A stretch of DNA of 32,000 bases from Laedolimicola intestinihominis (lineage in GTDB: Bacteria; Bacillota; Clostridia; Lachnospirales; Lachnospiraceae), in NCBI RefSeq assembly GCF_040096155.1, contig NZ_JBBMFE010000001.1, forward strand, positions 374,573-406,572, written 5' to 3'. A program made the position numbers and the translations under genes. The notes under the pieces were generated by a model, which was not told where the DNA came from, did not search any database, and worked only from the letters and a program-made list of their open reading frames with translations. This document shows positions 17,022 through 27,678 of this stretch, one piece after another (within the stretch, counting starts at the first letter, position 1; each line of letters begins with the position of its first letter).

Positions 17022-17381
17022 ATGGTGATTGAGATGAATAAAGACATTGAAAAATATCAGGAATCGGTAGTATGGGGGCTGACAGTGAAGCAGCTCCTTT
17101 TTTCAGCCCTCAGCCTGCTGGCCGGAGGCGGTATTGTACTTCTGACCTACCAGACGGTGGGTCTTACCACGGCGGCTTATCTGGCGATTCCGGTGGCCGC
17201 GCCGATTGCCTTGGGCGGCTTTTACAGCTATCACGGCATGAGTTTTTATGAGGTGACCAGGCGGAGAATCCGTCAGCTATTTTTCAATCGGACATTACTG
17301 TACCGGTCACCGGAACGTAATGAGACGGAGAATCGGAAAAAGAAGAAACGGCAGAAGAAAAAGAGAAGGGGTGAAACATGA
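17022..17381 (+). CDS. PrgI-family (VirB3-like) membrane protein
   Basis: 119 aa with two TM helices after KYQESVVWGLTVKQLLF and a basic tail. Its stop overlaps the VirB4 start (ATGA). Confidence 0.7.
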   Translation: MVIEMNKDIEKYQESVVWGLTVKQLLFSALSLLAGGGIVLLTYQTVGLTTAAYLAIPVAAPIALGGFYSYHGMSFYEVTRRRIRQLFFNRTLLYRSPERNETENRKKKKRQKKKRRGET

Positions 17382-19792
17382 GATTATTTACAGATAGTTT
17401 TCAGCAACTGAAGAAAGCCAGTGTGCCCCTGTATCGGACGCCCAAGTCCATACAGGAGACCATTGAGATTCTGAAGGTGGCGGAGAATGGCATTTTTGAA
17501 GTGCGGAAAGGCCATTATTCCAAAAGCTACCGCTTTCAGGATATTAACTATACAACCACCACAGAGGGCGAGCAGCTCAGTATTATAGAACGGTACTGCA
17601 AGCTGCTGAACAGCTTGGACGTGGAGTTCAAAATCACATTGAACAATAAGAATAAGGACATGCAGAAGCTGCGGAAGAATGTGTTCCTGAAGGAGCGTCA
17701 GGACGGCTATGATGAGTATCGGGGTATGTATAACCACATCGTGGAGGAAAAGATTCAGGAAGGAAAACAGGGAATCGCCCAGGAGCGATATCTGACGATT
17801 ACGATTGAGCGTGGCAATTTTGAGGAAGCCAAAGCCCAGTTCGCGACAATCGAAGCGTCGCTGCAGAAGGCGTTTCGGGAGCTGGGAAGCCCGATTGTGC
17901 CCTTAAGCGGCAATGAGCGGATGCAGGTACTTTATGATTATTACCATCTGGGCGACGAGGAATCCTTTGATTTTGATATCCGGGAGGCGAAGCAAACAGG
18001 CACCGATTTTCGTAACGACTTGTGTAATGGGATGCTGAAATATTATTCCGATTACTTCCAGGATGAAAATAAGGTGGGTCGGGCGCTGTTTATTAAAAAA
18101 TATCCGTCCGGCCTGTCGGATGGTTTCTTAAATGAAATCGCCAGTCTGCCGGTCCATTCCGTGATTAGCATTGATGTAGTTCCGATTCCCAAAGAGTTGA
18201 CTACTAAGGTTTTGCAAAAAAAGTATCTGGGAATTGAATCCGATATTATCCGGCAACAGCGTGTCCGGAACCGGAACAACGACTTCTCTTCGGAAATTTC
18301 TTACACTAAAAGAAATGAAAAGAAGGAGATCGAGAACATCATGGACGATGTGCGGGATAACGACCAGTGCCTCTTTTATGTGGCGGTGACCATGGTATTT
18401 CTGGCGAAGACCAGGGAGGAGCTGGACAGTATCACCGATACAGTCATGACGATTGGCAAGCGCAACTCTGTGACAATAGACAAGCATTACCTGATGCAGA
18501 GAGAGGCAGTGAATACGGCGCTTCCCATCGGTGTCCGTCAGGTGGAGACTATGCGAACCATGCTGACCCAATCGCTGGCTTCCCTTCTGCCCTTCAACGT
18601 ACAGGAGCTGCAGGACGAAACCGGCGTTTACTACGGGATCAATCAGGTCAGTAAAAATATTAACGTGGGTAACCGGAAAAAACTCATGAATGGAAATGGC
18701 TTCATCTTCGGGGTTCCCGGAAGCGGCAAGTCTTTCTTTTCCAAGATGGCAATGGGAGCCGTCTATCTGAGCAATGGCCCGGACTGCCATACAGACGATA
18801 TCATTGTGGTGGATCCCATGAATGAGTATTTTGATATCGCAAAATTATATGGCGGAACAGTTGTAAACCTGAGCTCTTACACGGATAACTACATGAACCC
18901 GCTGGAAGTGGATCTGGCAGATCTGTCTGTCCTTAAACGCCGGGCGGTGATCCGGCAGAAGTCTGAGTTCATGCTGGGCCTGTGCGAGCAGTCCACCGGA
19001 GAGTCCTTGAATTCCCGGCAGAAAACGTTGATTGACCGTTGTGTTAGAAAAGTATATCAGGAGGCAGCCCGGAAGAAGCAGATCCCGGTGATGACAGACT
19101 TTTATCGGACACTATTGGAGCAGAAGGAGGAAGAGGCCAAGGGGCTGGCCTTATCCATGGAGTTATTCACGGAAGGTTCCTTGAATATTTTTAATCATCA
19201 GAGCAACGTGGATGTGGACAACCGGTTTCTGGTATTTGGTATTCAGGATCTGGGCGAGGAGTTGTTCCCCATTGCCATGCTGGTCATGCTGGAGTGTATC
19301 CAGCAGCGAATTATGGAAAACTGGAAAAAGGGGATTGCCACATGGTTATGGATCGACGAGTTCCATGTACTGCTCCAGTCTCCCTATTCTGCGAATTATC
19401 TTTGGGCGCTCTGGAAAAAGGTGCGAAAGCGCCGGGGTATCTGCACCGGTATTACCCAGAATCTGGCAGATATCCTGCGGAGCGACAGCCGGGATACCAT
19501 CGGTACCATGCTGGCCAATTCCGAATTTGTAGCTCTGCTCCGGCAGTCCAGTACCGATTTGGATACAGTGGCGGACGCCCTGAATATCTCAGAGGCGCAA
19601 CTGGATTATGTCAACAATGCCCCGGCAGGAACCGGCCTGCTCCGATTTGGGTCTGTAGTGATTCCTTTTGATGAGACGGTATCGAAAGATTCGAAGCTCT
19701 ATCAAATGTATAATACAAATCCCTATGAACTGGCGGAACAGGCTGAGTCAGCGGATGGAGGTGGCAGCACTGGTTATCCGGCAGAAGATTGA
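17378..19792 (+). CDS. VirB4-like conjugative ATPase
   Basis: 804 aa with Walker A GVPGSGKSF and Walker B LWIDEFH. Confidence 0.9.
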   Translation: MRLFTDSFQQLKKASVPLYRTPKSIQETIEILKVAENGIFEVRKGHYSKSYRFQDINYTTTTEGEQLSIIERYCKLLNSLDVEFKITLNNKNKDMQKLRKNVFLKERQDGYDEYRGMYNHIVEEKIQEGKQGIAQERYLTITIERGNFEEAKAQFATIEASLQKAFRELGSPIVPLSGNERMQVLYDYYHLGDEESFDFDIREAKQTGTDFRNDLCNGMLKYYSDYFQDENKVGRALFIKKYPSGLSDGFLNEIASLPVHSVISIDVVPIPKELTTKVLQKKYLGIESDIIRQQRVRNRNNDFSSEISYTKRNEKKEIENIMDDVRDNDQCLFYVAVTMVFLAKTREELDSITDTVMTIGKRNSVTIDKHYLMQREAVNTALPIGVRQVETMRTMLTQSLASLLPFNVQELQDETGVYYGINQVSKNINVGNRKKLMNGNGFIFGVPGSGKSFFSKMAMGAVYLSNGPDCHTDDIIVVDPMNEYFDIAKLYGGTVVNLSSYTDNYMNPLEVDLADLSVLKRRAVIRQKSEFMLGLCEQSTGESLNSRQKTLIDRCVRKVYQEAARKKQIPVMTDFYRTLLEQKEEEAKGLALSMELFTEGSLNIFNHQSNVDVDNRFLVFGIQDLGEELFPIAMLVMLECIQQRIMENWKKGIATWLWIDEFHVLLQSPYSANYLWALWKKVRKRRGICTGITQNLADILRSDSRDTIGTMLANSEFVALLRQSSTDLDTVADALNISEAQLDYVNNAPAGTGLLRFGSVVIPFDETVSKDSKLYQMYNTNPYELAEQAESADGGGSTGYPAED

Positions 19793-21494
19793 TAAGCCTG
19801 TCAGGTTGCATGTGAAGAAAGGCAGCGGTATCCGGGTGCGGACATCCGGTCAGAGAGTTGCAGTCAAAGGAGCCCGGATTTATACCGTACAGCGGGGGCC
19901 GAAGGTGAAAAGGGTCAGCACGAGGGCAGGCACTTCACGCCGCTACAACCGAAAAGGCAGTGACGCCTACCGACAGGGAAAGCGGTATTACACGACAGGA
20001 CGGTATCAGGCGGATCCTTACTATAATAAGAAGAGACAGGTACAGGCCATCCAAAAAGAAGGCTATCGGAAAGGAAAAGAGTTAAAAGGCAAAGAGAAGT
20101 CCCGGCCGGGAATCACAGGGGAAGACTGGTATAAAACGGAGGGCAGTCATAGACTACCAGAGCGCTCAGGCAGGGAGCAGTACAAAGAGAAAAGAAAAAG
20201 CCATTGGGAACGACGACATGACGAAAGACAGGTGGAGGACTATTCAAAAAGGGGAAAAGCCGGGAAAAAGCAGAAGCAGGCAGACACAAAAAAGGAAGCC
20301 ACAAAACGGCAGCTAAGGCAGAGAAAGGTTGCCTATTTCTTGGATAAGACCAGAGCTGAAGAAGAGCAAAAAGACAGTATTGCCAAGCTCACCCGGGATG
20401 TTGCCGTCAAGTATTTGGAGGTTCTCGTGAAAAAGGCGGTAGCAGCCATTGGCGGCTTTCTGGTGGGCGCAGCCCTTTTTATCGCAGTGGCCTTTATCCC
20501 GGTGGTGGCAGTGGTGACTATCCTTTACAATTCGCCGTTTGCCATATTTTTGCCGATACTGGAAGAAGGGGAACAGGTCACGGACGTATTTTCTTCTTAT
20601 CTGTCTGATTTCCGGAAGGAAGCAGAGCAGCTTGCGCAGGAGCATAGTGGGTACGACGAGGGAGAACTGATCTATGTGGACTATGAGGGAGGCGGGGCAG
20701 AGCCCTCCAATCTCTATGACATGATTGCCGTCTATATGGTCCGGTATGGTGTCGGGGACACGGCCTCTATTGTGAACGACACAACAAAAAGCTGGATGCG
20801 GACGGTTATGGAGGATATGTGCAGCTATATACTGGAGACCGGAACCGAGGAACGGGACACCGGAGAAAAGGATAAGAATGGTCAGGCCATTACTGAGACC
20901 GTCTCTGTCCTGTATGTGAAGGTTCATCTGAAAACCTATTCAGATATGGTGGCAGAGTACGGCTTCGGCGAAGATGAAGTAGCCATGCTGGAAGAGCTTA
21001 TGCGTCCGGAAAATCTGGCTCTGCTTGGCGGCAATGGCGCGGACAGCTTTGAAAAGCTTACGGAAGAAGAGATCCGGACTGCTCTTGGCGATGCTTCCGG
21101 TGATGTGGGAACAGCTCTGTCCTATGCGCTTAGTAAGGTGGGCTATCCATACAGTCAGGAGCTGCGGGACAGTGGAGACTATTATGATTGCAGCTCTCTG
21201 GTCTATTATGCGTGGAAGGCAGCCGGAGTGGATATCAGCTACGGCAGCTCCTACTCGGCGGCGGCCCAGGCCCAGGGACTGGAACAGGCCGGAAAGAGCG
21301 TCCCGTTGGAAGAATTGCAGCCCGGAGATTTGATTTATTTTAGCTTTGTTCACAATGAACGTTATAAGAATATCAGCCATGTCGCCATCTATGCCGGAAA
21401 CGGTATGATAATCGAGGCGGCAAATGAAAGCACAGGCGTCGTATACCGTAAGCTTCACAGCCAGAGAAGCATTGTAACGGTATGCAGGCCCTAG
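19755..21494 (+). CDS. NlpC/P60 (C40) cell-wall hydrolase with a basic N-terminal region and a TM segment
   Basis: The C-terminus GYPYSQELRDSGDYYDCSSLVYYAW ... ISHVAIYAGNGMIIEAAN gives the Cys/His catalytic pair. There is a TM helix (AAIGGFLVGAALFIAVAFIPVVAVV). The start is uncertain: the track ORF opens at 19668 inside virB4, and in-frame candidates are ATG 19755, TTG 19806 and GTG 19812. Confidence 0.75.
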   Translation: MEVAALVIRQKIDKPVRLHVKKGSGIRVRTSGQRVAVKGARIYTVQRGPKVKRVSTRAGTSRRYNRKGSDAYRQGKRYYTTGRYQADPYYNKKRQVQAIQKEGYRKGKELKGKEKSRPGITGEDWYKTEGSHRLPERSGREQYKEKRKSHWERRHDERQVEDYSKRGKAGKKQKQADTKKEATKRQLRQRKVAYFLDKTRAEEEQKDSIAKLTRDVAVKYLEVLVKKAVAAIGGFLVGAALFIAVAFIPVVAVVTILYNSPFAIFLPILEEGEQVTDVFSSYLSDFRKEAEQLAQEHSGYDEGELIYVDYEGGGAEPSNLYDMIAVYMVRYGVGDTASIVNDTTKSWMRTVMEDMCSYILETGTEERDTGEKDKNGQAITETVSVLYVKVHLKTYSDMVAEYGFGEDEVAMLEELMRPENLALLGGNGADSFEKLTEEEIRTALGDASGDVGTALSYALSKVGYPYSQELRDSGDYYDCSSLVYYAWKAAGVDISYGSSYSAAAQAQGLEQAGKSVPLEELQPGDLIYFSFVHNERYKNISHVAIYAGNGMIIEAANESTGVVYRKLHSQRSIVTVCRP

Positions 21495-21512
21495 AAGGGA
21501 GATGAAGACAAT

Positions 21513-21878
21513 ATGAAAAATGAAGTCATGGATAATATGGAGTACCTGATGCAGGAGTTACACAGGGAGTGGGCCAGATCCGGCCCCTCCCGGATTTCCT
21601 GTACACTGCAGAGCGCGGAGGTGAGCGAGGTACAGGGAGCGCTGGCAAGGCAGGTAGAGAAGCAGCAGCTTTTACTGGAACGGGAGGAGCTGACCTTTCA
21701 GAAAAGCGTCCAGCTTCTGCGGATGAACTATATCCTGCTTCGGCTGGCGAAAAAGATGAAGGCGGAACAGGCGCAGAAAAGCAAGGATAACGACAGCGGT
21801 GATCTGGGGCTTTTGCTGGACGAGGAAGAGGAACAGGCATTGTCTGCGTTAATGCGGAATGGAAAAAAGGAGGAGTAG
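21513..21878 (+). CDS. Small coiled-coil protein (DUF4315-like)
   Basis: 121-aa helical, Glu/Leu-rich protein in the conserved position between the hydrolase and the polyvalent gene. The family name is from memory only. Confidence 0.6.
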   Translation: MKNEVMDNMEYLMQELHREWARSGPSRISCTLQSAEVSEVQGALARQVEKQQLLLEREELTFQKSVQLLRMNYILLRLAKKMKAEQAQKSKDNDSGDLGLLLDEEEEQALSALMRNGKKEE

Positions 21879-21888
21879 ATAGAATATC

Positions 21889-24800
21889 ATGTATCAGATG
21901 AATCAGCTATATGACACCGCAGTGCAGAGGGCAGCCGCGTCTTCCGAGACCTGGAAAGAGGTGCTGCGGCTGAATGGGCGGCTGTACCGGTACGAGTGGG
22001 AAAATATACTGTTAATCTGGATACAGCGTCCGAATGCAGTGCTGGCGGCTGATTATGACAGTTGGAAAAAGGTAGACCGCTATGTACGCCGGGGAAGCAG
22101 GGGGATCGGTATCTTTCCTTCCAGGGCTTTAAAATCGCATTTGCGCTATGTATTTGATTTCAAGGACACCGGGGGAAGAAACCGGAAACTTACCTGGGAT
22201 CTGGAAGGGCCACATCTAAAGGAATATCTGGACTATCTGGTAGAAAGCGGGCAGATGGAAGCCTACGACGAAAAGGGCGATGAAAAGGCGCAAAAAAATC
22301 TGTTAAATATATTTACAGGAACAAATGTTTGGTCTATGATAAAAGCAGATTACAGCGAACGAATTTCAGATCTGGTCAGGACAGCGAAAGGGATGACAGA
22401 AGAAAAGGCCAAAGATATGATCTATCGCAGCGTCCTATATACGGTAGGAAGCAGGTGCAGTCTGGATACCGTAGAGCCGGATTTTTCAGATATCCGGGAT
22501 TACGCAGACGAAGAGATCCTGTATCGGCTGGGGACACTGGTCAATGATATATCCTGTGAGATCTTAAGGGAGTTCGCGCGAAATATCCGATACATGGAAC
22601 GCGAAAGGAGAAGGATATACGATGGAAGGGATGAATCTGCATTATCAACGAAAAGACGGCCTGCTGTATCCGGAGATGGAAGTACCCGGTCAGGATCTGA
22701 GTCGCGTCGGAAAGTACGGCCATCTGGCCATGCGCTATCTGAAAGAGAACGAGGAGAGCCGGTACAGCTTTCTTTACCGCTGTGGGAAACTGGAGGAGAA
22801 GATGCGGGAAGTAGACCGGGAAGCGAACGAGATGCTGGCAGAGCTGATGGACAGTTACCTGAAATCCAGGCCCCTGCAGAACCGGAGATCCTTTCTGGAA
22901 CAGTGGAAGCTGCGGGAACAGGCGCAGATGCAGGCGGAGGAGATCGTATTGCGCGAGATTGTCTGGCAGTATCATTAGATTTTCACTATGATCTCTGGGA
23001 GCTTCCGGAAGGAGGCCCCAAGACCAGATACCAGTGGAACCGGGAGGCTATTCAGACCTTAAAGCGGATTGAGTCAGAGGGCCGGAGGGCGACAGCGGAG
23101 GAACAGCAGACTCTATCGAAATATGTGGGCTGGGGCGGTCTGTCCCAGGCATTCGATGAACAAAATCCAGGCTGGGCCAAAGAATACGCGGAACTTAAAG
23201 GGCTTCTGAACCCGGAGGAATATGCGGCAGCGCGTGCCTCAGTCAATACCGCGTTTTACACACCGCCGGAGGTGGCGGCCTGCATGGGGCAGGCGTTGGA
23301 ACAATTCGGATTTCGCTCCGGAAATATATTGGAACCGTCTATGGGAATCGGCAGCTTCTTCGGAAGTATGCCGATTTCTTTGCAGAACAGCAAACGCTAT
23401 GGTGTGGAACTTGATCGAATATCCGGAAGGATAGCAAGGCAGTTGTACCAGACGGCCAAGATTCAGATTACCGGCTTTGAAAAGACTGCTTTTCAGGCCG
23501 ATTTTTTTGATGTGGTTATTGGAAATGTGCCCTTTGGCGATTATAAGGTCCATGACCCGGCCTACGATAAGTATCATTTCCGGATTCACGATTATTTTAT
23601 CGCGAAAGCCCTGGATCTGGTAAGGCCCGGAGGCATGGTGGCAGCAATTACCACCAAAGGAACCATGGATAAGAGCAATCCGACCGTGAGAAAGTATCTA
23701 GCGGAGCGAGCCGAGTTGAAAGGAGCGATTCGGCTTCCCAGTACAGCGTTCAAGGCGCAGGCCGGAGCCGAGGTGACGGCAGATATCCTGTTTTTGCAGA
23801 AACGGGAGCGAAAAATGGAGGTGGAACCGGACTGGGTACATCTGGGATATACGGAGGACGGCATTGCGGTAAATTCCTATTTCGCAGAGCATCCGGAAAT
23901 GATGCTGGGCAGGATGGAGTATGACAACGGTCCCTTTGGAGCAGACAGCCATTATACCGCCTGTGTAAACCGTGATCCGGATTTCAATCTGTATGCGGCT
24001 CTGCGTAAGGCCATCGGCAATATTCATGCGGAGTTGGCAGCCTTTGAACATGTCGTGGAAAGAGAGGAGACGACAGAGGAAATCATTCCCGCAGACCCGG
24101 AGGTAAAAAATTATACTTTTACGTTTCTAAATGGAAAGCTGTATTACCGGGAAAATTCTCAGATGTATCTGCGTGAGGTGTCCGGGCGGGAAAAAGAGCG
24201 AATCCAGGGGCTTGACGTGATCCGGAATCAGGTACGCAGCCTGATCCGTCTGGAGCTTGGAGGATGCACAGCGGCAGAGCTGAAGCCGGAGCTGGAAAAG
24301 CTAAATCAGATCTACGATGCGTATGTGGAAGAATATGGGTATCTGACGGGCACAGAGAATGGCCGTGTCTTCCGAGATGACGCGGATTATCCGCTCTTGT
24401 GTTCGCTGGAATGTGTGGAAGAAAACGGGGCTGTCAAAAAGGCAGATATTTTTTATAAGCAGACCATCAAACCGGATGTGCGGGTGGAGCACGTGGATAC
24501 GGCCACCGAAGCCTTGTATATCTCCATGAATGAGCGAGGCTGCGTGGATCTGGAATTTATGTATGGACTTTATCAGCCGGATTTACTGAAATACCAGAAA
24601 GAGGTGGCAGAGGTCACCGGCCAGCAGCCGGAAGAAATTGCATTTACGGAGGCGGAGAAGAAAGAACTGTCCCTTAGTGCCATTGCAGAGGAGCTAAAAG
24701 GCATTATTTATCTGAACCCGGAACGCTATCACGCGCAGAGTCCGTGGAACGGCTGGGAGATGGCCGGGGAATATCTGTCAGGCAATGTCCGGAATAAGCT

Positions 24801-27030
24801 GAAAATCGCCCAGGAGGCAGCAAAGAAGAATCCGGAGCAGTTCCGGGCCAATGTAGAAGCCCTTGAGCTGGTGCAGCCGGAATATATTTCAGCAGCGGAT
24901 ATCAATGTGCGGCTCGGTACGACGTGGATCGATATAGAAGACTATGAGGCCTTCCTGTATGAGCTTCTGGATACCCCGTATCGGTACCAGAGAGGAAACT
25001 GGGACGGAAGATATGAAATACGGATCCAACTGAACCGCTACAATATGGAATATCACATCCTGAATAAGTCCATGCACAGTTCCGGCGTGCTAGTGAAAAA
25101 GAACTACGGTACCGAGCGGATGGATGCCTATTCTATCGTAGAAGCGACGTTAAATCTGCGGACAGTCGTGGTCAATGATCGGGAAGAGCTGGGCGGAGGA
25201 AAGTACCGGTATGTGGTGAACAAGGTGGAAACCATGCTTGCCCGGGAAAAACAGAACCAGATTCAGGAGGCCTTTCGGGAATGGATTTTTCGGGACCCGG
25301 AGCGTCGGCAGAAATACGAACGGTATTATAATGAAACCTTTAACTGTATCCGTCTGAGGGAATACGATGGTTCATACCTGCAATTTCCGGGCATGAACCC
25401 GGAGATCGAGCTGCTCCCACACCAGAAAAACGCGGTAGCACGTATTCTTTTCGGGGGAAATACCCTACTTGCCCATTGCGTGGGGGCTGGGAAGACCTTT
25501 GAAATGGTAGCGGCCTGTAAGGAGCAGAAACGGCTTGGAATTGCCTATAAAACCGCTATGGTAGTACCCAAAAGCGTCATTATGCAAACGGCCAGTGAGT
25601 TCCTGCGCCTTTATCCGTCCGCAAATATCCTGATTGCCACGGAACGGGATTTTGAGAAAAGTAGACGCCAGCAGTTCATCAGCAGAATCGCGACCGGGGA
25701 CTACGACTGTATTATCATGTCCCATTCGCAGTTCGAGAAAATCCAGATTTCGCCGGAGCGCAGGGAACAGCTGCTCAGTGACAAGGTGGAAGAGCTCCAA
25801 GAGGCTATTGGAGAGGAAAAAATGAAAAATGGGGAACGCTGGACGATTAAGCAGATGGAAGCGCAGAAGAAGCGGCTGGAAACACAGTTGTCCATGCTTG
25901 CGGACGAGCGGCGGAAGGATGATCTGGTCTACTTTGAAGAACTTGGCATTGATAGTATTATGGTCGATGAAGCACATTTTTATAAAAATATGGCCATCTT
26001 TTCCAAAATGAGCAGGGTGTCCGGTATCACAGCAAATGGAGCAAAAAAATGTACGGACATGGAGATGAAGTGTCAGTACCTGACAGAGCTGAACGGCTCC
26101 CGGGGAATCGTGTTTGCCACCGGAACGCCCATCAGTAACACCATGTGTGAGATGTATGTGATGCAGACTTACTTGCAAAAAGAGACGCTGGAGCAGATGG
26201 GACTAAGCCATTTTGACGCATGGGCCGCCAATTTCGGAGAGGTGACCACGGCGCTGGAACTGACCGTGGAAGGAAGCGGCTTCCGGTTTAAAAGCCGGTT
26301 TAACCGTTTTGTGAATCTCCCGGAGCTTATGAGTATGTTCCGGGAGGTGGCGGACGTGCAGACAGCGGAGATGCTAAACTTAAATATCCCGAAGCTGCGG
26401 GGCGGAAAAGCCATTATCGTGGAAACGGAGCCGGATTTCTATGTAAAAGATCTCATGCAGGAAATAGTGGAACGGGCAGATCGCATCCGAAACGGGGCAG
26501 TGTCACCGAACGAGGACAATTTCCTGAAAATCACCCATGAGGCAAGACTTCTGGGAACGGACGCGCGTCTGCTGCGTGCGGATGCGCCCAACAATCCGGA
26601 TGGAAAACTGAATAAGGTGGTAGAAAATGTATTCTATGAATATAAGAAAGCAGAAGCTGATGGCCGGATAGGCTGCCAGCTTATTTTTTCGGATATCGGT
26701 ACGCCGGGAGGCAAGGAGTTCGACGTCTACCATTATATCAAGGACGAGCTGATGGAACAAGGAATCCCGGAGGAAGAGATTGCGTTTATCCATGACGCCA
26801 AGACAGATAAGCAGCGCGCGGCGTTGTTTCGGGAGATGCGCAGCGGCAAGCGGCGTATCCTGATTGGCTCTACGGAAAAATGCGGTGTCGGCGTCAATGT
26901 ACAGCGCCATATCGTAGCCATCCACCATGTGGATTGTCCGTGGAGGCCGGACGATGTAGGACGGATTTTGCGGACATTCAAAATAAAAAAGAATGTGGAG
27001 GTAACAGACAATGGCAAAATCATTATTTGA
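21889..27030 (+). CDS. Polyvalent ICE protein: ArdC-N-like domain, disordered linker, N6-adenine DNA methyltransferase, SNF2/DEAD-like helicase; 3'-truncated
   Basis: ArdC-N-like [39 protein letters not shown]. MTase motif [12 protein letters not shown] and motif [10 protein letters not shown]. Helicase motif I CVGAGKTF, motif [12 protein letters not shown], motif [11 protein letters not shown] and motif [14 protein letters not shown]. The ORF ends ...[35 protein letters not shown], that is, inside or at motif VI. Confidence 0.8.
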   Translation: MYQMNQLYDTAVQRAAASSETWKEVLRLNGRLYRYEWENILLIWIQRPNAVLAADYDSWKKVDRYVRRGSRGIGIFPSRALKSHLRYVFDFKDTGGRNRKLTWDLEGPHLKEYLDYLVESGQMEAYDEKGDEKAQKNLLNIFTGTNVWSMIKADYSERISDLVRTAKGMTEEKAKDMIYRSVLYTVGSRCSLDTVEPDFSDIRDYADEEILYRLGTLVNDISCEILREFARNIRYMERERRRIYDGRDESALSTKRRPAVSGDGSTRSGSESRRKVRPSGHALSERERGEPVQLSLPLWETGGEDAGSRPGSERDAGRADGQLPEIQAPAEPEILSGTVEAAGTGADAGGGDRIARDCLAVSLDFHYDLWELPEGGPKTRYQWNREAIQTLKRIESEGRRATAEEQQTLSKYVGWGGLSQAFDEQNPGWAKEYAELKGLLNPEEYAAARASVNTAFYTPPEVAACMGQALEQFGFRSGNILEPSMGIGSFFGSMPISLQNSKRYGVELDRISGRIARQLYQTAKIQITGFEKTAFQADFFDVVIGNVPFGDYKVHDPAYDKYHFRIHDYFIAKALDLVRPGGMVAAITTKGTMDKSNPTVRKYLAERAELKGAIRLPSTAFKAQAGAEVTADILFLQKRERKMEVEPDWVHLGYTEDGIAVNSYFAEHPEMMLGRMEYDNGPFGADSHYTACVNRDPDFNLYAALRKAIGNIHAELAAFEHVVEREETTEEIIPADPEVKNYTFTFLNGKLYYRENSQMYLREVSGREKERIQGLDVIRNQVRSLIRLELGGCTAAELKPELEKLNQIYDAYVEEYGYLTGTENGRVFRDDADYPLLCSLECVEENGAVKKADIFYKQTIKPDVRVEHVDTATEALYISMNERGCVDLEFMYGLYQPDLLKYQKEVAEVTGQQPEEIAFTEAEKKELSLSAIAEELKGIIYLNPERYHAQSPWNGWEMAGEYLSGNVRNKLKIAQEAAKKNPEQFRANVEALELVQPEYISAADINVRLGTTWIDIEDYEAFLYELLDTPYRYQRGNWDGRYEIRIQLNRYNMEYHILNKSMHSSGVLVKKNYGTERMDAYSIVEATLNLRTVVVNDREELGGGKYRYVVNKVETMLAREKQNQIQEAFREWIFRDPERRQKYERYYNETFNCIRLREYDGSYLQFPGMNPEIELLPHQKNAVARILFGGNTLLAHCVGAGKTFEMVAACKEQKRLGIAYKTAMVVPKSVIMQTASEFLRLYPSANILIATERDFEKSRRQQFISRIATGDYDCIIMSHSQFEKIQISPERREQLLSDKVEELQEAIGEEKMKNGERWTIKQMEAQKKRLETQLSMLADERRKDDLVYFEELGIDSIMVDEAHFYKNMAIFSKMSRVSGITANGAKKCTDMEMKCQYLTELNGSRGIVFATGTPISNTMCEMYVMQTYLQKETLEQMGLSHFDAWAANFGEVTTALELTVEGSGFRFKSRFNRFVNLPELMSMFREVADVQTAEMLNLNIPKLRGGKAIIVETEPDFYVKDLMQEIVERADRIRNGAVSPNEDNFLKITHEARLLGTDARLLRADAPNNPDGKLNKVVENVFYEYKKAEADGRIGCQLIFSDIGTPGGKEFDVYHYIKDELMEQGIPEEEIAFIHDAKTDKQRAALFREMRSGKRRILIGSTEKCGVGVNVQRHIVAIHHVDCPWRPDDVGRILRTFKIKKNVEVTDNGKIII
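22622..22978 (+). CDS. TnpV-family small protein, nested in an alternative frame inside the polyvalent ORF
   Basis: 118-aa ORF bounded by TAA (22565-22567) and TAG (22976-22978). AAAGGAGAAGG lies 8 nt before the ATG. It is colinear with the TnpV at 27011-27385 (Y.R....L.P...VP......G..G.....YLK......Y..L...G.L ... coiled C-terminus ... EIV). Confidence 0.65.
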   Translation: MEGMNLHYQRKDGLLYPEMEVPGQDLSRVGKYGHLAMRYLKENEESRYSFLYRCGKLEEKMREVDREANEMLAELMDSYLKSRPLQNRRSFLEQWKLREQAQMQAEEIVLREIVWQYH

Positions 27031-27385
27031 GGAACTGGGCGGCAAATACGAAAGGCAAGGGGATTATTTGATACCGTGCTTAACTGTACCCGCCGAAGAA
27101 GAACAGGCAATAGGCATCTGGGGGCAACGGCATTTAGATTATCTAAAACAGTACCGTAAAGTTACATACACCAATCTTCTTACAAGCGGCAGGCTAAACG
27201 CCTACCTTGCCGACATCAACAGACAGGCACAGGAACGCTTTGAAAGGCTCATAGAGGGTATGAAACAGGCACAGGGCATAACGGAACAGCTAAAGGCAGA
27301 AAACGCCTTAGAATGGACAGGATGCCTCAATAACATAAGGGCTTGTGCGAGGGAGATTGTGGAAAAGGAAATTATTTTTGCATAA
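27011..27385 (+). CDS. tnpV: TnpV-family protein
   Basis: [80 protein letters not shown]... is recognisable as the protein family annotated TnpV in Firmicutes transposons. GGAGG lies 9 nt upstream. Confidence 0.8.
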   Translation: MAKSLFEELGGKYERQGDYLIPCLTVPAEEEQAIGIWGQRHLDYLKQYRKVTYTNLLTSGRLNAYLADINRQAQERFERLIEGMKQAQGITEQLKAENALEWTGCLNNIRACAREIVEKEIIFA

Positions 27386-27398
27386 ACAGATGATTAGT

Positions 27399-27425
27399 GG
27401 CAGGGGGAAATCCTGCCGCTTTTTC
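27399..27425 (+). terminator. Terminator after tnpV
   Basis: GGCAGG-GGGAAAT-CCTGCC, then GCTTTTTCT. Confidence 0.5.
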
Positions 27426-27442
27426 TGCTTTAGTTTGTCAGC

Positions 27443-27471
27443 TTGACAAATAAAGGGTTAAGGAATATAAT
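27443..27471 (+). promoter_or_regulatory. Consensus sigma-70 promoter of tet(O)
   Basis: TTGACA (27443-27448), an exactly 17-nt spacer, then TATAAT (27466-27471). Confidence 0.75.
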
Positions 27472-27503
27472 TAGATTCAGTATTATACAAGGAGTTAATA
27501 AAT

Positions 27504-27527
27504 ATGCGGCAAGGTATTCTTAAATAA
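27504..27527 (+). promoter_or_regulatory. Short leader ORF (MRQGILK) in the tet(O) leader
   Basis: AAGGAG lies 9 nt upstream of the ATG at 27504. Seven codons then TAA, located between the promoter and the attenuator hairpins. Confidence 0.45.
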
Positions 27528-27678
27528 ACTGTCAATTTGATAGTGGGAACAAAAAGTAGCAGTCTCGTTTCACTTTTAATATGGGGCTTAGTTTTTTGTA
27601 CCCAGTTTAAGAATACTTTTATCATGTAATTTTATATGCCCGAAAACATATAAGTGTTTTGGGGCTATTGGAGTTATT

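Noticed and set aside
10855-21840. Assorted internal or antisense track ORFs within large genes (for example 11124-11546, 12217-12642, 14859-15569, 16223-16762, 18128-18790, 20313-20927, 20940-21458, 21526-21840, 25465-26178).
   Set aside because: They lie fully inside strongly supported conjugation genes, in GC-richer DNA where long antisense ORFs arise by chance. None shows a recognisable motif or an SD.
22640-22960. Treating the G/S/R/E/P-rich segment of the giant ORF as a genuine folded domain.
   Set aside because: Its composition looks like an off-frame reading of the TnpV-like gene. It is reported instead as a linker or overprinting question in the findings.
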